A stretch of 64,000 bases of DNA from Rhodosorus marinus CCMP1338 (GCA_029953675.1 JAMWBK010000013.1:372001-436000); one strand, 5' to 3'; shown: positions 24,317 through 36,830, counted from the first letter of the stretch. A program made the numbers and translations. The notes: generated by a model not told the origin, from the sequence alone.

Positions 24317-25467
24317 TCGCCAAAGTCGTAGGGCGCGTTGAGAAATTTGTAAATATGTCGCAGTTTCAGAGAAAGAGATAGGTCAGTGTGCCAATTGTAG
24401 AGCCGTTTGTAATGCCTCATGACTTTTCGAAGATTAGAGTTGAGCTTTTTGTTCTGAGAATCGATGCCGGTCCAGATTACCATATCCTACAGGACGTGTG
24501 CATAAATTCCCAGGATAGAAGATGGTGCGCCTTGCGGATCGAAGGCGGGTTCCAATAGTAAATGAAGATAATGTGGGTTCAAGAATTTGATGCCCAGTTC
24601 TTTGGTGGAGCTGAAGCCCATAAGTGCCTACTCGGCTCTGGAATGCTCGTCGTCCTCGTCTCACTGCCTTCGTACGAGGTTTTCTTTCTGGCCAGGCCGC
24701 TGTAACCAATCTTCCCTTGTATCAAGAGCTCGCTTTCCTGCATCGTTCAAACGATCATGTCAGTGAAGGGCTAGCAGTGAACAATCCCATATAGTCTGCG
24801 CAATGTGAAATAGACGAGATACATTTTTTCTGCGCCACCCATACGTTTTCGTACATATTAGTAGCTTAACTTTCGTACTAACTTTCCTTAGGAGGAGGAG
24901 GGTCGCTGCATGACTTGCTTGCAGCCGGATTCTTCCTGAGCAGTATGTTCACAGTGTGTTGAGGATATCTGGGCGCTGAAGAGCGTAATAGGACTGAGCA
25001 TGGACACAACCAAGCCTAGAGGCTTTCCAGGTCACAACAGATCAACTTGCAGAAATGCGGTCCTACCAGAATACCATGAAAAGAAGGTTTTCATTTATAC
25101 ATCTGGTATAAAAATTCACATTTTTGTAGGGGTTCCGGTCTCAGGGTCTCGATTTTGACCTGACACCAGGTGGCCGCCGCTTCTGCCAGAGCGCCTTTAC
25201 AAGGACTTCGACTAATCGAAAAGAACTGGATTGCTCATGTCCCGTGAACCGCAGAGTGGGTGCACCCATACCGACTCCGTGATTCATTAGGCTCTTTAGC
25301 CAAGAGTCAGCTGATCAATGGTACGGGATATGCTGGGTCTCCGAAATCCGGGAACGATTGAGCACATACTCAGCGGAAAAGTATGCGGCAAGGTCGAAGC
25401 TTCTTGCGAGGCTGATGAGATCTCAGATCTTTTGTTCAAGCTGTAGAATTAACCCTTACAAAGCAAA

Positions 25468-25950
25468 TTAATCCGCGAAAGGATTTGCGTGTATCGTTGT
25501 GCTCTTCAAAACAATGTCTGCGACTGGTCGATCCTTCGCACCCACAGGAACAGCTTCCATTTTGTCAAGAACCTCATCTCCATGGATAACTTTGCCAAAC
25601 ACTGTGCAGGTCTGGTTCAGATGCGGAGCTTCTGCGTATGTTATGAAAAACTGAGACCCGTTCGTATTCGCTTGAGAAGTTGCCATCGCAAGCTGTCCGC
25701 GGGAAACAAACTTTGCTTCGGGATCGATTTCATCCTCAAACTTGCCACCCCACATTGACTTGCTCTTCCTGCCCGTACCAGAAGGATCGCCTCCTTGAAT
25801 CATGAACCCTTTCATATTACGATGAAATATCGTACCATCGTAGCTCCCTGAAGCAGACAAGCCAAGAAAGTTCTCCGAAGCCTTGGGAGCTTCGTCACAA
25901 AATAATTCCAACTTGATATCTCCCAGAGATGTATGTAGTGTTACCGACAT
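25468..25950 (-). CDS. PPIL3: Cyclophilin-type peptidyl-prolyl isomerase, PPIL3 subfamily
   Basis: 160 aa: MSVTLHTSLGDIKLELFC, FHRNMKGFMIQGGDP, NTNGSQFFITY, VFGKVIHG and the C-terminal IHANPFAD typical of PPIL3. Confidence 0.92.
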   Translation of the reverse strand: MSVTLHTSLGDIKLELFCDEAPKASENFLGLSASGSYDGTIFHRNMKGFMIQGGDPSGTGRKSKSMWGGKFEDEIDPEAKFVSRGQLAMATSQANTNGSQFFITYAEAPHLNQTCTVFGKVIHGDEVLDKMEAVPVGAKDRPVADIVLKSTTIHANPFAD

Positions 25951-26549
25951 CTTTCATCTTCAATACTGAACACACACAATAAGGATTCTCATCTTCCTCC
26001 CCTCCACCCTCTCTCCATCACCGCCATCCCAAACCAATCCAAAACCCTAGTAACAAACCTCATCCAGCTCGCGAAGGTGACTCTTAACCAATCCTTCACC
26101 ATCGATTACGATTATCAAAACCGCCATTTATATTAACTAAATTCAGATCTCACGCATCTGGAACAATACACCACAATCTTTTATCTGTCACTGGCCTTCA
26201 GTCAATTTAAATCGACTGATTCAATCAATTAGTGGATATATTGGGGGGGGGGTAGTTAGTCGATTTCATCCTAGCCAAAATAGTATCCAAAAATGTCTTA
26301 AAAACAATCTTTAGGTTGCAAATGAGAAGGTGGAAAGGGGTTGTATAAATTGCGTCGATTCTGCTTGTTTCTTTTTTTTGTCGTCGGTCGCGAAGGAGGG
26401 AAATTTTGTTTGTGGGTTTTTGGTAGAGGGAGGTGAGAGGGAGAGGGTTGGCATTGGAAGAGAAGGCGTAGCTTTGTAAAGAGCGGTTTTGGTGTCGTTT
26501 TGGAAGTTTTGGAAAGGTTTTTGGATTATTTCTGGAATATTATACAACT

Positions 26550-27272
26550 ATGGGTTCAAGCCTGCAGGATGAGGTTGAGGGACTTCTGCAGAGTCAGCGG
26601 TACGATCCGTCAATCATTCCGAAACTGGAGGAGTATGTTCAGCATCAAGTGACGATTGGTTCTTATGATTCGGATGCGAATCTGGCGTTGCTTAAGTTGT
26701 ACCAGTTTTATCCCGAGTTGTACAACGCGGGTGTGGTTGCGAAGGTTCTCATGCTGGCGCTCACGGCGTTGCCGTCGACGGACTTCTTGTGTTCTCAGTA
26801 CCTTATATCGAGCAAATTTCAAAACCAGGAACCGGTACCAAAGCTCGTGAATCTGCTGGAATTACTTGAAGGCGGAAAGTATATTGAGTTCTGGGCTAGT
26901 AAGGAGTCTTACAAGGACCGCGTCCCCGCCGTCAAGGACTTTGATAAGTCCATTAGAAGATTTATGTTCGGAGTGATCAAGCGGACTTATATCGCAGTTG
27001 CGAGGGAGGAGCTCATGGTGAGTTGCATCGCCGCGTTCAGTTCTGCCCTCGGGATCCCATACTTATACGACGAATCGCCCCGGTTTCAATTGTAGGGACT
27101 CCTTAACCTCAAGGATGAAGAATTAACAGCGTTCATCAGCGATGAACAGCTTACTGAAGCTGATGGGCTTATTAAGCTCCCGCCGACGAAGGAGAATCAA
27201 CCGAAGCCCGTAAAAGTTACGGAGGCAATCAGCTTCCGTGAAGTCGCCCCTACACTGTTCAAGGTGATGTGA
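26550..27272 (+). CDS. EIF3K: Eukaryotic translation initiation factor 3 subunit K, 2 exons
   Basis: RYDPSIIPKLEEYV, YDSDANLALLKLYQFYP, LMLALTALPSTDF, LE.GKY.EFW. The phase-0 intron 27018-27095 leads to a final exon ending ...KENQPKPVKVTEAISFREVAPTLFKVM*. Confidence 0.92.
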
Positions 27273-27832
27273 CCTGTCCATAGCAGGAAGATGAACTACC
27301 ACAACGGCTACAGAGCTACAGATCTTCGAGTTTTCTTTGTACTTTAGCCCTCATGGACCAGGATTTGTGGCCTGGACGCGCCCTCGTCGACGAGCTACGT
27401 TTCTTGACGTCCCTTGCAGCGATGGCCTCGCACTGGACACGTAGGCACGCCAAGTCCATTAATTAGAAATAACTTCTCCGTTCAGATTCGTAGTCCTCAG
27501 CAACGCTTTCATCGCTCCTGGAGGAGATTAGGAAGGGGCAATCCCACATGGTACAGCAAATAAAAACTAACGGAAGCCGCGACTGGCGAGGTCGTGCAAC
27601 TCACGGAAAGTCTGTTGGTAGGGAGCACCGGCACTTGAATACAAATCCATACTGCGAAATACGTCCAGCACAGTTCCTAGACTAGTATTTCAGCAGCGCA
27701 AACGCAAGCTCCAGCCGCCTTTGCATTCGTGGCCTGTGGCAAAGACAGCCTTCGGCGAACACTTCCGTCAGATCGCGTCGCAATTCCACACAAGCTTGCT
27801 CTCATTAACCCTCGCAGTTATCAAGCTGCGGT

Positions 27833-30784
27833 TCAATTGTTAGTCCGTAGGCTGTATTCTCTTCCGTTGACCTGGATTTTCTCTTCAACGACCAGCTCAT
27901 CCAACAACGACACAAGCTGCTCCTTGGTCTTATCGAAAGGTGGATTTTGGCAGAACATCTGTGCCAATGTGAGTCCTAGTCAGTTCCAAGCTGTAGCGAC
28001 CGCTTTTTGCGCGCTAGAGAACGCATCCTGCTACGTACCTTCAACATGTTGTGAATTCGCTCTACCGGGAGCGATCCCAGGTTGGTCAACATTCCGAGCA
28101 AGAAGGTTTCATACACCTTCATTTCATCTCGGGTATTGTTTACTGCGAGGTCCTCCTTATCGTCAGCGGCAGTCGCGCCTTCGAGGCCTTCGGCAAGAGC
28201 CGCATCGCTGCTAAAGTCCTCTACAAGTTGCAGGCTATCTTCGTCCACCTCCTTTAGCAAACCCCGCTGCAGCCATCTCCGCGCGTTCTTTTCTACATCC
28301 TCCTTGGAGAGCTTAAGCTCCTCTGCGAGATCGTCCACCTTCCACTTCCCGACTTTCTCGAAGCATTTAAACAGAGCTGCTTGGTTTGGGCTCACTGTCA
28401 TGCTCAGCTCCTTCCCGCTCTCCATCTCGATCCGAACCAAGACGACTAAGGTGAAACAAATGGGGAGGGGCAAGGCGCTGACTTCAGAGGCGAAAAAAAA
28501 AGGTTCAGCAGAGTTTTGAATCTTAACGGCTTCAATCTTACTTCCGAGATCAGGTTGCCACTTGAGTTTCCTAGGAGCTTTGGTTTCCTCAAAGTGTTTC
28601 TGGAGCAGCATGGCATCCTCCCGGAAGGGATCTGGCAGCTCGCCATCTTGCTCTTTCGTTTCCGGCCAGAAGTGCTGTTGGACACACACACACACACAAC
28701 ACAATCCCGCGAAACATCAGGGTTCGCTATGCTCTGCCATTGCACAGTTTAATGGGAACGAATGTGCTTACCTTGGACATGATGATAAACTCAAGATCTT
28801 GATTCAGATCGCTGTGTTCCTTAGCAGTTGCGGCCATGATCCTCTTGGTGTCCGCGTAGTCCTTGAGCATTACAGAGCAATCCTGCATTGCTTCGCTACC
28901 AAACCTTGCCTTGAACATCTCAACGTTCCAGATTTCCCTCTCAACATCCGCTCCTCGTTCCTGGCTGGTCAGCAGTTTGTGCCCCAGCATTTTGCGGTAC
29001 TCATTCGCGTACGCCTCTCTGGATCCATAGACATCGAACAATCTCGCCAAGGGATCGTTCTGTTCAATCATGTCCTCCTCGTCCTCAGCGCGAACTGAAG
29101 CGTCTGCAGGGTCAGGCTGCCACGCATCGAACGTTTCATCTGTGTACGGGCGAAACACAATGAGCCACACTATAATAATCCAAGTGCGCCTGTGAAGGCT
29201 AATCTTAGGCCTGCTTTACCTCGTGCGACTGAATCGTCGTCGTCTTGGACCGCGTCCTCTAAAACTTCAAGCAGTTCTCCCTCGTATTCGGTAACATCGG
29301 TTACAATACAGCGAATCGTGTCCGGTCTAGTCCGAAGGTATGCGCGGATAGGTTCGCAGACCTGTTCTACGATGACTCGCCGAGGATCGATGTGGCGTAA
29401 AGCTTTCACAAGGTGGACGTACTGCAGTATGATGTCCGCCGTATGGGCTCCTTGATGAAGAAGCCTTAGCTCCAATTGTTTCCTTAGACTTGAAGCGACT
29501 TCCAAGGCCTATAAACGGTAGCCACGAGGCATTCATCAGCAAAATAAGAAGGTACGAAAAGCAGAAGCATAGCGACGTACAAGATCAGTCTGGACTAAAC
29601 CAATGTTGATGTCTCCCAAGACCGGCTCACTGTGCGGAAAGTCTAGAATGATGTCAAACAGTTGACGGATTCGAGCCTGAGACAGAGAATAACACATCTG
29701 AAACTCTAGCCTGGCTCTCCAGTAGCTCAAATCATCGTTAACATCGGCTTCCATTTGGCTGAGAATACACTGCAGCACTGGTATCGCGTGATCTTCCAGC
29801 CACTCACGAAGACCACCCAGTGCAGCCTCTTCAAAGTCATTATGACATCGCTCCTCAATCTAAAGACCCGCAAAAAGAGCTCAGAATGCAGGCAAGCAAC
29901 ATGTTTGAAAGGTCGAAAACTGTATTCCTGATCCGATGGGGTCAGCGTACCTCGCGATCGAGGGCCTTTGACAGCGACTCCCAAGCGATGTCGAGAATGG
30001 ACGCCTTCAGGCCCAGTGTCTTCCAGGCTGCACAAAATTCCTGGAAGCCGTCGAGGTCTGCTGCAATCCTATCCCGTAGAATCTTGCTGAGAATTGGTTC
30101 CGTGCATTCAGGCAGAGACTTCTCGGTGACCTTTCTCCCGGCCAAGAGCAATGAACAAGGAACCAGGAAGGCGAATCTTTCGTCTCAGCGATGCTTTGTT
30201 TTGACTCGGATAGAAGCTTTTGTGGATCTCTCACGGCTTGGATGTGGTTGGCCAGGAAGACATTCACGTAGGCCGCTTCGTTCCCGAGGAGCGTTGATAG
30301 GGCCTCGAGATTTCCTCGTGAGCTGTATGGGCAGAATAGGTGAATGAAATTTGTCGAGAAAATTAGCTCGCCAAAGTCTTCTGTGTGCTCCGTTGGAAAG
30401 GATAAAAGTTGTTTTACCTCATGATTTGGTCTCCCAGCTGGCGTAGAACCGGCGTCAGCTGCTTCTCCATCTACGATCGATTAGAAACAAAAAGGTTCAG
30501 ATACTCTGGAGTAGCTTTTCGAAGCTTTCAATAGCACTCACGTTTCTGCCAGATTGCGAAGATAGGTGGACTTGGAAGATTGCCGCAGGAAGCTGCTCTT
30601 CAATTAGGGTTTTCAGCTTCTCCTCGTGTGAAATCAAGGCAATATCAGCCAGAGCCTTTGTGAGCACGAGCCTTTCCACTACTCCAGCTCGGTTGATCTC
30701 CTCTGACAATGTCCAGTCGCGCTGCTTGTCAGGCAAGCTCCAGATCGTCGTCGAAGACTCACACAGTCGCCACACTCGTTCCAT
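27833..30784 (-). CDS. ANAPC2: Anaphase-promoting complex subunit 2 (cullin-like), multi-exon
   Basis: RLLHQGAHTADIILQY, EPIRAYLRTRPDTIRCIV, WQPDPADA, YANEYRKMLGHKLL, EMFKARFG...CSVMLKD, SK|HFWP, RKLKWQPDLG and the C-terminal winged helix LGMLTNLGSLPVERIHNMLK|MF. Confidence 0.92.
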
Positions 30785-30966
30785 TGTGAAAGTTGTCTGG
30801 TTTCTCAGCTCAACTCATTCAACTTGATTGCTTTAGCCAAACCCTGGGCATTAGATACTCCTTTACTCATGTCACATCTCACAATCCCATAACGGCCCAA
30901 AAGCTTGAAACTAAACCCCCCGCCCCCCCCCTCCAAGTCCTCTTCGAATGATTATCCGGTAGGCAT

Positions 30967-31367
30967 TTAGCAGTTGAAATCCACTGGCTCACTGGTTTGC
31001 AGTTGCTCTAAGCGAGGTCCTCTTTCAAGGTCTAGCGTCATCGCGCCATAGTGGCTCCCTCGAGATGTGCGGTTCCGAAACTTCCGCTTTATTGACATCG
31101 TTCTGAAAACGGCGGGGAAGATCAACCCGGAATGTAAAATGGAATCGTGAAACTGAGCTCTGCTCTACCACCAGGTCAGGTAGCTTACGGAATCAGATCT
31201 GCACTGAAGAGGGAGCGTCGGGGATGTGCGACGAGGTTGGCGAATTTTGGTGATTGGCTAGAGAAAAGATCCCATGTCGGCAGCGAGGAATAGTTCGGAT
31301 GGCCAAAACAGGCTTGTTGAGGGCTGGGGACGTCGATTGGATGAAGAGTGATGCAGCAAGTGACCAT
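30967..31367 (-). CDS. Possible small two-exon hypothetical protein (~104 aa)
   Basis: MVTCCITLHP...SADLIP is followed by a GTAAGC donor. A TTTCAG acceptor near 31100 continues in the correct phase to ...EPVDFNC*. There is a C-rich (minus-sense G-rich) leader at ~31680. No homology recognised. Confidence 0.3.
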
Positions 31368-32549
31368 CTGGTCTGGTTTTACGGCTTGGGTTCGCAACGG
31401 CGTCCAGCATCGTCACACCGCAGGACCGTAAACCGCGCGCGCCAGAGACAGCGACGTTTTCAGATGTTTTGCCTGCGGTTTACCAGACTCTTACAGCAGG
31501 GAAGCCGGCATTTGATATTCATAGCCGCGAAAACTTAACCTCCTCACTCCAAGGAGGTAGGGGAAAACTTCTCGTCCATTGAACAGAAAAGCTGGCATAG
31601 CATGCTCCCTCCCTTAAACTTGGTCCTCAAGATCATTCTACGCTCCGTAAGAATCCGTATTCCCCCGCATTCCTTTCTCTGTCCCGCCCCGCTTCACGAC
31701 CCCACCCCAACTCAGGAATTCAACCCCAGACTAACGTAACCCCAGAGCAAAAGAAAACATTCGACTTTCGAATACCACAAATTATTTCCGATTGTCTTGT
31801 CCCATTTTCCCTCAGATCTTCAAAACCAATCTAAACGGCATCTCCAGCCGGGCCAAATCTAATGACCAAATTTCTCCTTCACATCAATGTTCCCCCCCTC
31901 TTACGCAATAACAAAATAAAGGAAAATATTAGGTTTTAAATTTACGTTTACAGAACTGATTGAATAACTTCAAATTCGTTTTCCTTTTGATCACAAAAAT
32001 TTGTTTTTAAGCTCTTTTTTCGTCCGTCATTTTTTCTTTACAAATTCTTCTTTATTCTATTCGAAGTAGTTTTGCAGAGTGGATGTCAGGCAGCGTCAAA
32101 AACAGGAAGAAAACAACCGTTTGGTCGCAATCAGCTGCTGATTAATCATGACCGAAGACTAGGGTTGTCATATTTAGTCCAAAATCAACTTTAGTACCGT
32201 TTTTAGTACATGTACTATGTAATAAAAGAAGAAACTTCGGATGTACTTGTGATGAAAATCTTTGAGAAAAGGGGACTAGCCAGTACATTTTAATTGGACA
32301 GGTTTTTAGAATATTTTAGATGTATAAAGTTGAATTATCTTTTTTTATTGGTTATCATTGGACCTCATGTTTTATCGGACATTTTATGACAGTCCGACGG
32401 AATGGAAAGATGTTGGGCTAACGTTTTTTAGAGAGCGGGGGAGGGGAAAGAGATGGAGTGAAATGAAATGTAAAAAGTGGAAGTCAGGTGGGGAATGAGT
32501 GTGGGTACAGGAAGTAGGTGGGTGGGTGTGATGTGTGTGCGGTGGTTTT

Positions 32550-32579
32550 GGGGTGGGGTGGGGTGGGGTGGGGTGGGGG
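32550..32579 (+). repeat. (GGGGT)n tract with G-quadruplex-forming potential in the GT71 gene leader
   Basis: Five perfect GGGGT units followed by GGGGG, directly visible. Confidence 0.8.
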
Positions 32580-32908
32580 AGGGAGGAGGAGGGTAGTAGT
32601 AAAGCAGGTTGAGCTGTGTTTATTTAGTAAAGGTTTTTGGGGGGCTGCTTGGTGTTTTGTTTTGTGTTTTTGGACGAGGGTTGATACAGCTGCAATGTGG
32701 AAGGCGGTTGGATGAAGGGTTGGCTACAGACTGACTGAGGAGGCTGTTAACTGCTTTGTTTTTTTTGTGAACGGCCGTACTCGTATTCGAAGGTCTTGGG
32801 ATTCCCTGGAGGATCTCGTCGGTCCAGGTTTTGTTTTTAGGTGTGGGAGAAACGGGAGCTTTGCGTGTTTGTTCAGGGACTGTCTCCGGAGTCTCACGGT
32901 TTTAGGCA

Positions 32909-34650
32909 GTGATGGGGGTAAATTCTCGGCGGTGGAGTAGTTTTGCCCAAGTGCGGGTTGATCGGACGCTTAGGGCGCTCAGGAGTAGGCCCCGCTTCGA
33001 AAGATTCAAGGCCATAAAGAAGCATCAGTATGACCCTAGATTGCTCCGAAGCTCTTTGGCGCTGGTTCTTCTGGTTGGATTGGTGTATACTATGGCATCT
33101 CTCAACGCACGCAGGCTTTGGTATAATCGAGTCGAGCCGTATGCGAGTACCATTCCGGTGGACTATCCCTACGACTCGATATACAGGACTCCGCAAGACA
33201 TGGAATGTCTGGCATGGAAATCACAAAGTGGTTTAAAACCTTGTGCGCATGTGGTCAAATCATCTGAGACAGGGTATTGCATTGTAAAGGATCTGATCAG
33301 CAATTCTGTATTCAAGGTATGTTCTTCGTGCACGACGCAGACGCAGTACCAGCTTCCGTACCCCGGACGCTTTCCCGGTATCAATACTTTCGGGGCCCTT
33401 TCCTGAAAACAATTCATGTCCGTTTGAAGTAGGTGATGAGCACTTCTCCGGGGACGTTCGGTCAGAGGCCCAGCTTTTCTTGCCAAGGCCACTTTCTCGA
33501 CTTTATAAACTTTCGAGTAGGGGCCCAGATACACGTACAGGAGCTTGAAAGAGAACCAGATCCAGTTGTGGAGCAGGAAGGTCGGGAGTCATCGAGGGGT
33601 ATTGTCATGGCAGTGAACGACAGAAATTTCCCGTCAATGTTTGCGGTTGTTCGAAGACTTCGGGATGAAGGATGCGAGTTGCCTGTGGAGCTCTGGCATC
33701 TAGCAGATGAGCTCGCGACAGTAGGTAGCGCCCTAGACGATTTGGTAGACAACTACAACGTTCTTCTGATGAAGGTCGAAGACCCGAAGATTAGAGGATT
33801 TCTGGTCAAGGTCTACGCCGTGGAGATGAGCAAGTTCGATCAGCTCCTGTTCCTCGATTCAGACAACTTTCCGCTCAAGGATCCGACGTACCTCTTCGAC
33901 ACGCCCGAGTTTCAGAAGACTGGAGCCATTTTCTGGCCGGATTTCTGGCATCCATCGTTCTCTATATTCGACACCGGTCCGGGGGGGCTGGCGTGGGAGT
34001 TGTTCGGGGTGAAATGCGATAACGAAATGGAGCAGGAAAGTGGACAGCTGCTTGTGGACCGAAAGAGACATTCGAAGGCGTTGTCCCTGACGGCATGGTA
34101 TGGACACAATAACAGCATCGTTCAGGAGCTTCGGGCGGTTTGGGGAGACAAGGACCTATTCCGGTTGGCTTTCAAGAGACTCTCGGTGGAGTATCACATG
34201 ATTCAGACCTTGCCAGGACTTGCTGGACGCAATCTTGCTAGAAAAAAAGACGACCTCGGGGAGGGCTCCAATTTTTGCGGGCAGACAATGGTCCAACACG
34301 ACCCAAAGGGGGAGGTCGTTTTCTTGCACCGAAATACGGCGAAACTGGACAGCGTCAGCGGGAAGGCGATGACGTGGGAGACGATCCAACGTTACGGCGG
34401 CATCAATGTCGCCAACTACACGGTGCTCATGAACCAATTTAGGATGGCCGACACTTGTTGGTATTTTCCAAACATGGACGACCCAGAGCTGAACCCTAAA
34501 TACGAGGAAGTCACTTTCGGACATGTCGAGGCGATAGCCATTTCGCGGGTCACTGCACTCGAGACGCGCATCAGGAAAGAGTCACTTGCGAAAAAGTCGC
34601 ATAACCGGGTTACCAAATCTTTACTGAAGATTTTCCATGGGTGGACATAG
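32909..34650 (+). CDS. Alpha-mannosyltransferase, GT71 (Mnn2/Mnn5, Mannosyl_trans3) family, type II membrane protein
   Basis: N-terminal TM helix (SLALVLLVGLVYTMA) and intron 33317-33432, then RGIVM, LPVELW, LLFLDSDN, TYLFDTPEF.KTGAIFWPDFW, EQESGQLLVD, WGDKDLFRLA and MVQHDP.G...FLHRN. The true start may lie in an upstream exon. Confidence 0.85.
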
Positions 34651-35084
34651 TAATCAAGCGAGATGCTCGGCTTGAACTGGAGAATCTGCACCCCAGTTGA
34701 CAGGGTCAGTGGTTCACTCAACACGATGCTCCGGTCGAGTTTTTTGAGCGTCTATCGATGACTCACCTTCACGGCGAGGAGCAAAACCGGGCGAATTTTT
34801 TTTAAATCGTTTTATTTCGCGCCTCAGTGCACGAGACTTTTTTGCGAGCAGAACGAAGCGGGGAAACACACGCGGTGAGCGAGGTGACGTCGATTCTGCT
34901 CACAAAACGCCGCCAACGGAGCGGCAAGGACAGGGTATGTTTCATCAATTAGTTATCCATCGATTTAGGTTTTGGCAGGTGCGCCCAAACGTTCTTATTT
35001 AGCTCAAGACTGGAGGGCTTTGCCGTGAAGGGGTCCAAGCGGTCCCTCCTTTCATCTGCAAATGGATTGACCGAGTTTTGGGCC

Positions 35085-35893
35085 TCATCCGTTCTGTCCT
35101 TGGTTGTTTTGTGTCGGCTTTTCCGGATCCTTTTCAGAATCCTCGGACGGCTGACTTTCTAGCTTTCCCTCCTTCGAGTCTATAATCTCAGTAACGAAGT
35201 TGTGATTGGTATAAACACACATATTTGCAGCGATCTCCATGGATTTTCTTGCTATGGTTTCTGCGTCGTATCCATCCACGTCCAATAGTGCGAGAGCCGC
35301 TGCGGATGCATAGGGACCGCCGGATCCGACAGCCACTACGCCCTCATTTGGCTCGATCACATCACCTCCACCATTCACCATCAGAGACACATTTGCATCG
35401 CAAACAACGAGCATCGAGTCCAATCGTCTCAAAAACTTGTCCATTCGCCAGTCCTAGGTCGGAGCCGTACGAAAAGGAGAAACATAAGCGTTTCTGCGAC
35501 TGAACATTGTTCCTAGGTCTTGTACCTGCGTCTGCGAAGGAAATAATTGCTCACCTTTGCCAAGCTGACACAAGCTCTGAGGAGCTGCCCAGGGTGTTCC
35601 TCGATTTTCGTCTCGAGCCGCTCAAGAAGAGTGAACGCATCAGCAGTCGCGCCAGCGAACCCGGCCACGATCTTACCATCCGGACCAATCCGCCGCACCT
35701 TCTTAGCCGTCGGCTTGATCACAATCGAGCCCATTGTACACTGTCCATCTCCGATCACTACAACCTTCTCCCCTTTCCTAACCGACAAAATCGTCGTCCC
35801 GTGCATCGTTGCGCCCGATGCCATCTGCCTGATCCCTCCCACCAAGCCACCACCCCCACCCACTCGCCGACATTCTCTCAGAACTCGTAACAT
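35085..35893 (-). CDS. hslV: Mitochondrial ATP-dependent protease subunit HslV (ClpQ), 2 exons
   Basis: An Arg-rich presequence precedes HG|TTILSVRK (catalytic Thr1), followed by [39 protein letters not shown] and CVYTNHN. The intron is 35554-35454. Confidence 0.95.
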
Positions 35894-36229
35894 TTTCGCC
35901 AAAACAACACCCTCCAATCCAACTCTATCCAAGCACCCCACCCCTAAAATCTCATCCGTAATATCCTACCTCCAGATCAACCCTGTCCAAACTTTCAAGC
36001 TTGCCCCCATGCCTATCTCGACGCCACCACCAGCTGGAGGCAGCGCTCTCTTCTACTCTGGCTAGCCATCGTTTTCCCAATCCGTTTTCTACGAATGACT
36101 ATATCTTCCGTTTTTCAATACAAAATTCACCGTGACCGGTAATTTTTTGGCTTTTGACATTCCAAGTGGACTTTTCTATATTTGACGGGGTTTGCACTTG
36201 TTGAGGGCCATAAATCTGGTACCTTTGCA

Positions 36230-36830
36230 AGTTCTGGAGGGCCAAACGGAGGTGGCCCCTGTTAGTTTTTAAAGCTCAAGGGGCTGAAAAGCGGAGGAGG
36301 CCACTGTTAGTTTTCGAAGCTCGAGAGGCCTAAAGCGGAGGAGACCACTGTTATGTTTCGAAGCTCAGGGGGCTAAAATTTGAGGAGGCCACTGTTCCCT
36401 TTTCGAAGCTCGTTGGGCCAAAAACCGGAGGAGACCACTGTTACTTTTCAAAGCTCGAGGTGCCAAAAAACGGAGGAGGCCGCCAGCCACTGTTACCTTT
36501 TTTTCAAAGCTCGAGAGGCCAAAAACGGAGGAGGCCATTGTTACTTTTCAAAGCTCGAGGTGCCAAAAAACGGAGGAGGCCACCGTCATTTTTCAAAGCT
36601 CGAGACTCCAAAAGCGGAGGAGGCCATTGTTACTTTTCAAAGCTCGAGGTGCCAAAAAACGGAGGAGGCCACTGTTACTTTTCAAAGCTCGAGAGGCCAA
36701 AAACGGAGGAGGCCATTGTTACTTTTCAATGCTCGAAGTGCCAAAAAACGGAGGAGGCCACTGTTACTTATCAAAGAGCCGAGAGGCCGAAAACGGAGGT
36801 GGCCATGGCTACTTTTCAAAGCTTGTCGAC
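36230..36830. repeat. Minisatellite of ~13 units of 44/45 bp with an alternating 89-bp higher-order structure
   Basis: GGAGGAGGCC starts recur at about 36293, 36337, 36427, 36472, 36527, 36572, 36616, 36661, 36705, 36750 and 36795. The consensus is GGAGGAGGCCAYTGTTACTTTTCAAAGCTCGAGRKGCCAAAAA(A)C. Confidence 0.95.

Noticed and set aside
24400-25450. Additional gene or TE between the small membrane protein and PPIL3
   Set aside because: A few protein-like fragments exist (e.g. QVTTDQLAEMRSYQNTMKR), but I could not join them into a consistent reading frame or recognise a family.
32550-32579. Interstitial telomeric repeat
   Set aside because: The tract is only ~30 bp, is embedded in a generally G-rich leader, and does not match a telomere motif I can support for this organism.
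36230-36830. CRISPR array
   Set aside because: The units are contiguous tandem copies with no unique spacers, there are no cas genes, and the context is eukaryotic.
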